From contig JALAGF010006348.1 in assembly GCA_030167865.1 (NCBI GenBank), positions 1 through 42,821 of the forward strand: a stretch of DNA of 42,821 bases, given 5' to 3'. The position numbers were made by a program, and so were the translations under genes. This document shows positions 10,500 through 20,900 of the stretch, in pieces (within the stretch, counting starts at the first letter, position 1; each line of letters begins with the position of its first letter). The stretch is from Craspedostauros australis (lineage: Eukaryota). The notes beneath the pieces were generated by a model. It had not been told where the DNA came from, made no database searches, and saw only the letters and a list, made by a program, of their open reading frames with translations.

Positions 10500-13247
10500 A
10501 TGGTGGGCTCCGATGACCATTTTTACAAGAATGGGCCTGATGCCGCTGAACTCGTGAAGGCATTTTTGGCTGATCCCACAAAATGGCACTGAGAGGCAGC
10601 GCCTTTGCATCTGCAGCATTCGTTCTTACTCAAGTACGATGCAAAGAAGTTTGTTCGGACCCTACGCAAGTTCAAACGGATATTGGTGAAGAAGGGTTTG
10701 TTTCACCGTAAGTACTGCATGCCCAGCCACATAATCAAAGCTCCATCATGAACTCGTCTGCTTGTATTCAGGTGCCTTCTCATCTCTTTTTCTCTTTCCT
10801 ATGACTCCAACATATGACCTTCATCTCTTCATCATCCAATCCAGAGGATGGCAAGCGGAACGAGATCTCAACCCATAGGCTTGGTGCCACCATCTGTCCT
10901 TTGGATGAACTGGCAGTCAATGATGCTGAGTTGGCAACCTCCAATCATGATACCAACACTGCAACCAGTTCTAACACCACCAACAGCCACACCAACAGCA
11001 CCAGGAGCGGAACCAACAGGAATGGCACCAACAGACGAATGACACGTGGCAGCATGTATGAAGCATCAAATGAAGGTGACACTGTCCCCTATTGGAACCG
11101 ATGACACAGATGAGAGCAGCAGCAGCGCATGGGATAGGTATGACAAAGCATTGGACAACATTGATGACACTGATTCTGACAATGACATTGCGTACCTTGG
11201 CACTACCAACAAACCAGGCTCAAGCAGATTTACAACCACCCCTTATGGCCCTATCCCTGCAAGATTGGCCACATTTTTTAGGTATCGGAGTCCAAATGAG
11301 TTGCAAGGTTTCATTAGCAGAGTCGAACCATTGAGGTCTTCCACAAACCCAGGTGTGGAGACCTCATGGTGAAAGGTATTGCATGGTTGTGGTGGATTTT
11401 CATATGCCTTCATGCACAGCCAGGAATGATGCTATGGTCACCATCGAAAGTCGGAAAGTGGATGGAGTACATTGGATGTTCCTGATGTTGCTCTGCAAAC
11501 CACCAGTCGCTTTCGGTCATGGCAGAAGCATTTTCGACATGCCCATTGACAAGTTGGGACATCCATTCTCAGACTCAGGCCAGAAACGTTCTGCCCATAT
11601 GCAACAGTTTTGGAATGAAGACTTCACAGAGTCGTTTCGATCCGACATGCTGGTACCGATGCCATTTCCAATTGACACCATCTTCTGTGACACACCATGC
11701 TGAAGATTGGGAGGAGTGGTCTGGCTTCGTCATGTTGTGAGGGATAATGATGGTGCCACCCACAACATCCTTACAATATTGGTACGTTTGAAGGAAGCAA
11801 CCAATGTTGGTGTGACCCAGCACTTCTCTGTATGCCATGTTCTGGGCTTTACAGATGGTGATGGAAGCCATCAGGATCGCAATACAGAAGCAACGAACAC
11901 ATCCAACTGAAGCACGAACATTGCCACCCACAACATCAACAACACCATGACGAGCACAAGGAACACGACTGTCGGAACCACAGCTGCCATGGCTGGCAAC
12001 AGCATGATGCCCTCAACACCCCCAACCCACAATCGACCTAGGAGGTCGCCGCTCCATGCCAGCAGGGGACAGTCTGCACAACAGCAACGGACAACTACCA
12101 TTGGCAATGCAGCCAAGGCTGCATGGCCAACAAGCCATGCCCACAGTTTCTGTAATCAGTCATCAGACAGCAACCCTGACTGCCACTGAAGACTTCATGT
12201 CAGTCTTGATGGACAGTACCAACTAATGAGAGATCGCATTGAAATACAGAGGGCAATGTTTGAGATGATGGAGTCTCAGCTGGCTCTCAAGGTTGAGGCA
12301 AAGCACGCAAACAAGGCATGGGAGGACACCTTGCAACAGAGATCCAGATTGTTTGGAGATGTCAATGAAGAAATCCAAGCAATGAGGAAGCCCCACCTTG
12401 CAAAAGAAGTGCCCCTGGCAGGTGTCCCTGAAGTCAATGTTGACGTCTCCCCAAATGGCAACAAATGGTGAGAGCACAAGGAGATCTCCCTCGATGCAGC
12501 GTTGGTTGATGTTGCTGGCCAGTCGGCATGCAGATCAGCTTGTCAAGGTCCCGTGGCAACAGTTGTGGTAGGTGTGGGAGCTGGTTCAGACCAGTACATG
12601 CACCAACGCCCTAACATGGATGAAAGAAGCCGGAGAAGTTGCATTCTCCCATCATCTCAATGGATCCTACCACCCAGGCAGTTGATGCCCATCACAGGAC
12701 ACAAACAGAGACGCAGACAATGCCACCACCATGATCACCAGCAGGAGCATTGGTGGAAGGCTCAGACATTGGAAGAGTAAGGGCACAGACAGAGGGGACA
12801 GCAGCAGCGGGGTCACCTGTACGGATCCTACCAGCCCAGGCAGTTGACACCCATCACAGAACACAAACAGAGACACGAACAGAGACGCAGGCAATGCCAT
12901 CACCACGATCACCAGTATCAACAACAGGAGCCAAAATATCTAGAATCNGGATGCCATCGCCAACTGCAACACTGGCATCAACTGCAGCGGTCCCTGAAGA
13001 TGATGCAAGAACAGGAGAGACAGCAGAAGGAAGTACGGAACAAGCACTGCAGCCTGCAGCAGCAGCACCAACAACAGCAGAAGAAGGTATGGAAGAACAA
13101 CAACCACAACACCAGCATGATGACAAAGAGAAAGAACCAGGAGAAGCTGCTACTACTGGGATGAGGACCTGGGGGAGGGCTGCACGACAGAGCCGCGGTG
13201 ATGCAAGTAAACCACATCAGCAAGGCAAACGAGCATACCATAAATAG
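10500..13247 (+). pseudogene. Decayed large second ORF of the transposon, unknown function
   Basis: ATG at 10500 (MVGSDDHF...), candidate intron GTAAGT 10708..CAG 10771. ORF-track fragments starting 11353, 11707, 11947, 12226 and 12502 are all in one frame, separated only by TGA stops (11701, 11908, 12187, 12469). Includes a globular-looking segment, a coiled-coil-like stretch (RDRIEIQRAMFEMMESQLALKVEAK) and low-complexity tails. Boundaries approximate. Confidence 0.6.
12662..12915 (+). repeat. Internal direct duplication (~80-90 bp core, 161-bp spacing) within the second ORF
   Basis: GGATCCTACCA(G)CCCAGGCAGTTGA...CACAAACAGAGAC...CAATGCCA.CACCA.GATCACCAG at 12662 and 12823. Confidence 0.85.
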
Positions 13248-13577
13248 TGGAGTCAGAATGTGCAACTTTTGATTGTTGTAACTAGATGAATCCTGCTGAT
13301 GGAATGCAACAAGCCAACTGGCAAGAGAGTTGGAACAACATCCGCAACCCCCCTTCGAAGAGAGGGGAACATGCTGGCTCTGCGGCTGTCGAATGTGTGG
13401 AATCGCATGGAGAGGTGAAGGATCTGTGGACCAGAATGAAAAAAGCCAAAAAACAACAAGATGCAGTCCGTGCACAACCCGATAATGAGCAAAAAAGCCA
13501 CAAGTTGTTTTGGAAAATACGCAAGAATTTTTCGCCATTTGGTGGCCCGCATCCCTTTTCGACTTTCGTTTTGCTTC

Positions 13578-13609
13578 GTCGCAATTTGAAAAAAACGCCG
13601 TTTTCCCTT
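13578..13609 (-). repeat. Right terminal inverted repeat (with 2 flanking T)
   Basis: GTCGCAATTTG-AAAAAAACGCCGTTTTCCCTT, reverse complement of 4191-4222 with 3 mismatches. Confidence 0.9.
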
Positions 13610-14463
13610 CCCCTCCAAGGCGGATCACCAACAACGGCCTGTTCTGGCTGTTCGCGTTCATCGTTGTGACGCGTGTTGAACTCGTGTTGATTGCCGCGTG
13701 TCGTTGATTCGGATTGACCTGATTGAGTCGAGTTTGTCGAACGGCGACTTCCAAGTCCCATTTCTCACTCCTCTCTTCAACTCTACACTCGTTTGAGGTT
13801 ACCACTGTTGATTCTACTGGTACGTACCATACTCGTCCCTTTGGCAACAACGCGCCATGCTCCATGCCTGCACATACTCACGTTTTCCGAACGACTTTCC
13901 AAAGTCTCGCCGTTCCTCTCCAAAGCGCACAAGGTCACCACCGAGAGACGTAACGATTGGATCTTTCCCTTCATTGACCTCAGGTTATAGGGTGAGAGCA
14001 GCAGAGCCAATCGCCGTGGGTCGTGTCCATGACCTTGATGTGCCACCATTGCGATGACAAACCACCATGAACAACGCATCGAACCGCCCAACAGTCTACG
14101 AGTTTTGTCCGACACAGTTCGGTACATGTCATGGATGAAGCAACTCGTGAATGGATGTTCGTTTTCGAGTCGTGCTTCTTTCCGCAGAGGTCTGTGGATC
14201 CTTTGTGCGGAGACAGCCACCACCATTGCGAACGCGAACCAACACAGAGGGGGCGTCGTCCGAACCAAGTCAAAGTACGAGAACTCGTACGACTACTCGC
14301 GCAAGTGGAGCAACACAAGATGACACTCCCATTCCTCGCCGTCCCTTGACGACAGGCTTGCCAAAACCGCACAACACAATACTCCACTCCAGAGAGATAA
14401 GGACTGTCGCAGTCATACTATAATATTATATAAGAGTGATCACAATCACGCACAAGCAATATC

Positions 14464-16343
14464 ATGACGACGAAAGCAACGGTTGATGTGGCCGGCATCG
14501 TCGAGCCGATGATCGAGGTCCATCGATCAGGCATCAACCAAACCTACGAATGGAGAAAGGAACAGCTCAAACGCATGAAGGACATGATCGCGTCCAACCA
14601 GAAAGCCATGCAGGAGGCGCTTTCCGCCGACCTCGGTCGTTGCGATGAGGAATCCTGCCTCGCCGAGATCTTCCAAATCCTGCCGCAGATCGATCTCTTC
14701 CTCGCCAATCTGCGACGATGGATGAAGCCGAAGAAGATGCCATCCTCGTTTCTCCTCTTTCCAGGATTCTCTCAGTGCCAGTACAAACCACTGCGAAAAC
14801 CCGCCGTCTGCATCATCGGTGCCTTCAACTACGCATTCCTCACGTGCTTGCAGCCCGCCATCGGCGCACTGGCGGCGGGCAATCCCATCGTCATCAAACC
14901 CAGCGAATTGTGCCCAGCATCGGCGCAGCTGATGCACGATCTCGTCGCCAAGTACTTCCCGCCCGACGTGGCGCGCGTCGTGACGGGTGGTGTGCCCGAA
15001 ACACAGGCTCTGTTGGCGCAACCGTGGGGCAAGATCGTCTTCACGGGATCGGAACGTGTGGGCCGTCTCGTGGCGGCGGCCGCGGCCAAGACGCTGACGC
15101 CCGTGTTGCTGGAGCTGGGTGGCAAGTGTCCGACCTACGTCGATGAGAATATTCCGTCGCACATGCTGGACAACGTGGCCGATCGCATCGTCTTCACGAA
15201 GCTCTTCAACTGCGGACAGACTTGCGTGGCTCCAGGTAAGTGGTGGATACTCGTGCATGGTGCTTGTAGTTGCAGACGATTGCATGTGCCACGTGCGGTG
15301 GTGCATGCATCTATCGTGTTGATACGCGCTATACAAGTATGTCAATCTGATTCCTTTGAATTGAATCGGAACTGCTCAGATTCAATCAAATTCCACGCCT
15401 CAACAACGCAATGTATCGTAATGCAACATAACGCAAGCTCATCCATTCATATGCTCGTTTCTCACCTACGAGCACGCTCCTCGTCGTCACCATCATCGCC
15501 ACTGATCATGCAGATACCCTCATTGTCCATGCAAAGCACGTTAAGGATCTGAGCCGATCGATCGTTCGGGCCGTCCAAGAGCAATTCAGCAAAGATCCCT
15601 CCCAGTCGACAATGAGCAGAATCGTAAGCAAGGCCCACACGCAGCGACTGATCGACTATCTCAAGGAAGTGGAAAGCTTGCAGTCGGAGCATCCAGACAC
15701 AGAAGTCATTTTTGGAGGAGCTGCGACATGCAATCTCGAGGACAAATACGTCTGTCCGACCTTCGTACTGAATCCACCATCTGAATGCAGGCTGCTGAAG
15801 GAAGAAATATTTGGTCCCATCCTTCCCATCGTCGTTGTGCCGTCCCGAACGGCAGCAATTGATTTCATCCAGAACAAACTCAGAGGAACGCCATTGGCAC
15901 TGTACATCTTCACTTCCACATCCAAAGTCTTTGACATCATGACGACTGCGTGTCCCTCGGCAGCAGCCGTCCGCAACGACGCCATGATCCATCTCAGCAA
16001 TCCACACCTGCCGTTGGGTGGATTGGATACGAGCGGAATGGGCCAGTATCAAGGACTGGCCTCGTTCGAAAGTTTCTCGCACACTTTTCCAACGGTCTAC
16101 CGACCGCTCGGCACTTGGCTGGCCGATTTGAACAACGTTAGATGCCAGCCGTACAGTGCCTGGAAGGTGGTTATCTTGCAACTCGCTGCCTCGATCCCCG
16201 ACATTCCCGTCATGCCGTGGAATGCATTTGCAGCTATCGGGGTGCTCGGGTTTGCAACAGCATCGTCCAGCGGCGTTGCCGTTTGGGCCAGGAATGCCGC
16301 TGCGGATGGTCTGGATCTGATGTCGGCGTACTTGCGATCGTAA
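14464..16343 (+). CDS. ALDH3: Aldehyde dehydrogenase, ALDH3 / fatty aldehyde dehydrogenase type; exons 14464-15235 and 15514-16343 (533 aa)
   Basis: Motifs 'AGNPIVIKPSE', 'FTGSERVG', 'LELGGKCP' (catalytic Glu), 'NCGQTCVAP' (catalytic Cys), 'EEIFGPILP', 'PLALYIFT', 'LPLGG...SGMGQYQG'. The GTAAGT..GCAG intron (15236-15513) restores 'CVAPD-TLIVH' in frame. Hydrophobic C-terminal tail suggests a membrane anchor. Confidence 0.93.
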
Positions 16344-17936
16344 CATGATCTGGATGACCACAGAGTGTTATTGGGCGAAGGCAGAGGCACAGGAACCTTT
16401 TGGACAGACCATGGTTGAGGTATGGGGCGCAAGTGCTGTCACAGAGCGGTGCATGGTAGCCAGGCATGGCTGCTAAGCACGGCAGCTGAGTATCGTGCGA
16501 CTCCAGTCGAGGGAAATGCTCGTCGTCGTGATGATCGGGGACAAAGAGCACGAGCAGTTGCGAGAAGTAACAAAGTGGAATGAGAGGGATCGCCTCCTTC
16601 CTTTCTCCCTCCGATGTTCATATCTCCAACGCAGCCCTCTCCGCTCTGTGACACTTTATCCTTGTATGTTCGATTCATGCCCAGGCCTGTTGATACGCAC
16701 AAACATCTACTCTTCGAGGCAGCGGCGGAAAAGGAAGTGGCGACGGAGCGTTTATCATCGCTTCGTTTCGTTTCCACCTCTTGCGTATCAACGCCAGCGA
16801 TCAACACTCCGGTTGCCATCATCGAATGATGTCACAACAAAACGCACAAGGGAGTGCGAAACAGTAGACACTCTTTGCGATCTGCGCAACGCTTCATGAA
16901 ATTTCGAGCTACGCGCAGGAGTACGCGTACCCACAACTTCTCATCATGTCTTGTTGCTGTGCTGGCGCCTCTCGAAAGTATTATGAGATGTTGATTTTTT
17001 GAAAACACGAAGGACGAATTCGGCTTGGTCTACGATCAAGTGAGACATGAACAGAATGTCGCTGGTGACGCTGTTTTTAATGAATTGAATCGCGAACAGA
17101 TGTGCACAATGTCGAACCAAGACTGTGATTGAATCATTGACATTCTCACAAAATGAAGCTGCGAAGTACGCCCACAGACAGAAACAAGGGCCTCTGAGTA
17201 CGAAAACAGCTCGCTTCTCGCAAGGTGTAACATCATGACATCAATGATACGATTATACCACCAAAGGCAAGGCTCTAAGCGTGTTCTCGGAGATTCGCCG
17301 CCTTCTGTTGTTGTTGTTGTCGTTGCCGTTTCGTTGCCACCGCAGTTCGTTGGTTGTTGGTTGTTGATTTGCGAATTGTGTCTGTGCAGAGGGCACAGCA
17401 AAAGCGTCGGTGATCGTTTCGGATGCAGAGGGGGCAAGGGCAGCGGCGTCTTCCACTTGTCTCCCCTGACAATGGTGACGGCATGGGACAAAGGCCAACA
17501 AACTCCGAAACCTCTCCCTCTTTCTTTCCATTCACTCTCCTGCCTGCAGCACGCCCACGGCTCGCACTTGCTTGTTCACTCCGACGTAGGTGACCGCCGG
17601 CACAACAAGTCCTTGCTGTTGCACTTGCCGTTGAAGTTGCTGACACCAACGAACCCCACAACTCGCCACGTCGGAAGGAAGCGGAGAGACAAACCACGCA
17701 TAGTACACTCCATAGCAAGTGAGCAACGGCACATCGGCGCATCGTTCTCCTGATCTCGTCCTCACAACTCAGAGGGTCCACAAACTTTCATTATCCACAC
17801 TCACAGAGACCGGCAAGGAGGAGGGTGAAAGGGAGCTGACAGCTGAGCTTTGCGACTTCATCCGCTTAGCACACAGAAAATCCGAAAGCAAACCTCGCGA
17901 CACCTTCAGTGATCAACGGCTCTGCTGTCGTCCAGC

Positions 17937-20900
17937 ATGCCGCTTCTGAATCGCACCCGCCCGACCTCCGAAAAGCAACAAAGCAGTGCCAACCTCCCCG
18001 ACCTGTGCTCGACCGACAGCGAGGGAGAATCTTCCAGTTCGGAGACTGCGCTGCATGCACAGCACGTACAGAGACAAGGCATGAAGAATGGCGGAAGCAG
18101 AAACAGAATTGGCGGTATCCCATGCACGACGGATGCTATCGATGCGGCAACGTCTGCAACATCATCATCCAAAGAGTTCGGCGGGAGAAGACTATCACAG
18201 CGTTCCATCAGAACTTCGTCCCTTCGTACTACCGACTCCGACAGCGCTCGTAACCCAGACAACCAAAGCGACGCTCATCAACACCCCTGTCCAGAGATTG
18301 GTAGCGAAGATGTCCCAGCCAGCTTCGCCACTGAGCATCGTGGGCATCGTGAGCGTGGGCATCGTGAGCATGGTCACCATGGTCAGCGACGGCGACCAGC
18401 TTTAGCTTCGATGCTCTCGCCTCTGTCCACCACAAGGCACTCCGAATCTCACAAATCGCCGCAATCTGATTGTACACAACTTACTTCCAACACTGGTAGA
18501 AAACCAAGCCTTGTCCTGAGTGAAGAGAACAACACTGAATCAGCCTCCAAGTCTCCATCGGGTAATCGGAAATGTAACGCAAGCATGATGAGCTTTGCGT
18601 CCACGATACACTCGTCCGCAATTACGGAAGTACCTTCCTTGGCAAGCACGACCACAGCCGACAATGACTCTACTTCAACGACAGAGCCGATAGAGGCTCT
18701 CCATGAGTCACTGACGCGATCTGCAACAACACAGCCACAACCATCGCCATTGGCAGTGCTATCGCCATCGCATCCGTCCACTCCCAAGACGAGAAATCAT
18801 CCAACACCATCTTCGCTTGTGAACGATACCCAAGACATTCCTCCGCCTCCGATCGATGTCTATCACACGCCAAAACAAAAAAGGAGAAAGCGAAGAACGC
18901 AGAGAAAAGTGCCAACGCAATCGAAAGGCAAGGACTCGGCATCACTGTTGTCTTCACCGCCGCCGCCGCCGTCCACATGCCAGCCAACGCCAATATCATT
19001 AGCATCGTCAGCAGCATCAGCATCAGTTCATTCAGTTTTACTCACACCAACCATCGGGCATCGTGTTCGGCAGCTGAGACAAGAGATGGAGAGCATGAGC
19101 TCCATCTTGAGCTCACCAATGACACCGAGCATGTCCGACAGTCTCTCCAGCATTAACTTCTCGTTGCGCATCAGACCAGCGGCGAATCAACGGCAACATC
19201 AACAGCAATCACCAGCATTGCATAGACGTTGTGAAGGCTCGTATCAGACAATGTCCTCCGAGACCTCTTCCAACGTTCGGAAAGAGAAGGTCGATGCCCA
19301 CTCTTCCCTTGGTGCTTCTGCCTTCCTTCACTTCAGTAACACCTCACCGTCCCATACCATCACCACGAACAGCAACAGCCAGGACAAGATCATGATCAAC
19401 CGCACCGACACCGACACCGACGCCACCACCAACCAAAGCACCCAGAGCAAGAGCAAAAGCAATAGTCAGAGCATCAATGTGAGTGGCGATGGTGTCTATA
19501 TCAGCAAAAGACACAGAGCAGCTTTCAACCACAAGCTGTTGCAAAAGTCGAAGTCCACCATGCACCTGTCCCAAAGCATCGATACTGAAACTACAACTGC
19601 AACCGGGGACGCCTTAGGTAGCCCATGTCTGAGACGTTCCAAGTCAAAAGTGGAGGGTGAGATCCAAAGATTCCTTCAACAGGAACTTTACCGCAGTAAG
19701 TCCTCAAGTCAGCTCTCTGACATCAAGCGAGCATCTGCCAAGGCAAGTGGGTCAAAAGTCAAACATACCGAAGCAGGTTTGGACAAGGCCAAGCAAGACA
19801 AGCACAGAAGCAAGGGCACCGGCAAGAAGTCCAAACGCAACATGTCTACATCAAAGAAGGAAAAAAGCACGAGAGTAGCCGCAGATGGAAGTGTAGCCGT
19901 GACTGCACGCCACCATGAGCAACGGCAGGAAAGCTGCCGACAGATCTCTGGAAAAGAGAGCAAAGTCAGAGATGACCGACAGGAAAAGGGGAAGCGTAAG
20001 CGCAAGGTGAAAGATGAAAAGTCATCCCAACGTGGCCGATCGTCCGCGAAGATGCGCGATCATCGACACGGCAAGCGAAGAGACAGCGTCCACGTGAACC
20101 AAGAGAAGAGTACTAAACAAAGGAAAGCAGATGTTGTCGTGGTTCCTGAGCTAGATCAGCAGAAGGAGGAAGCAGAACCTGTTGGAGAGAGGGACGGCGA
20201 CGCCGGCTCCAAGGCACAACAACCGGATCGCACGCACCAGCAGCGATATTCCTGTCCCGCCGCATCCCAGTCTCGGAGTCTAAGCCCCGCAACCACGAAC
20301 CAACGTCTCGTCGCCTCCTTCAGCGGATTCAATCCAAACGCGTCCGTTGGTCTTCAGAAGCCCCTTGGCACGTTGCTACCCAAGCCAGGCACGAGTGTCC
20401 TCAACAAGAGCGCATCATTCTTGGATGCCATCGCTGCGCTCAAGCAAACATCTCCCGGCGGTGATGACAGTACCTGCGTTTCCTTCGCATCGTTCTCACG
20501 CAACCGAAGCTCATCGGGCTATGCATCCCAAAAGATCCGATCGAGTAGAACAAGGATGGAAATAAAACCGAGAAGCCCGAGCCCAAGCCCATTCTATTCC
20601 TCCATGGGAAAATGCGATTATACATCTGAAAGCGAGCCTTCGAAATTGGCGACGCCATCTCCCGTGCCACAACAGAATAGCCGTTTGGTCGAGGCGACAC
20701 CAACAGATCTAGGAGGCAAGCCCTCACCATCGGCACCGCAAGAGGAAAGAGACAAAGGCGAGGGCAGGCATCGCCGAGGTAGCCCCAACAAGACAAGATC
20801 GTTTCGAGACAGTCGTCGCAAGGAACCTGAATCATCACAGTCGTCGTCAGCATCATCAAGCGACATGATCTCCAAACGGCGTGCATCTGTGTTGGCTGGC

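Larger units (their letters stand above)
4193..13607. mobile_element. Decayed ~9.4-kb TIR DNA transposon of the PIF/Harbinger-ISL2EU-Spy (PHIS) group
   Basis: Inverted termini GGGAAAACGGCGTTTTTTT (4193-4211) and AAAAAAACGCCGTTTTCCC (13589-13607) enclose a DDE transposase pseudogene, a second decayed ORF and two tandem arrays. The interior is visibly TG/CA-rich compared with flanking genes. An N gap at 9748-9797 means continuity is assumed. Confidence 0.85.

Noticed and set aside
5951..12471. TGA read-through, selenocysteine or an alternative genetic code in the element
   Set aside because: The TGAs sit at Arg-compatible positions amid widespread CpG transitions and frameshifts, and host genes use TGA as a normal stop.
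4188..13612. Canonical Harbinger TAA/TTA target-site duplication
   Set aside because: The flanks are CAA and TTC; no direct repeat at any nearby boundary.
12978..13865. 295-aa minus-strand ORF
   Set aside because: Crosses the right TIR into host sequence and is antisense to the ORF2 tail; no motifs.
14464..16343. ALDH as two genes or a frameshifted pseudogene
   Set aside because: A canonical GT-AG intron (15236-15513) joins both ORFs in frame with all catalytic motifs intact.
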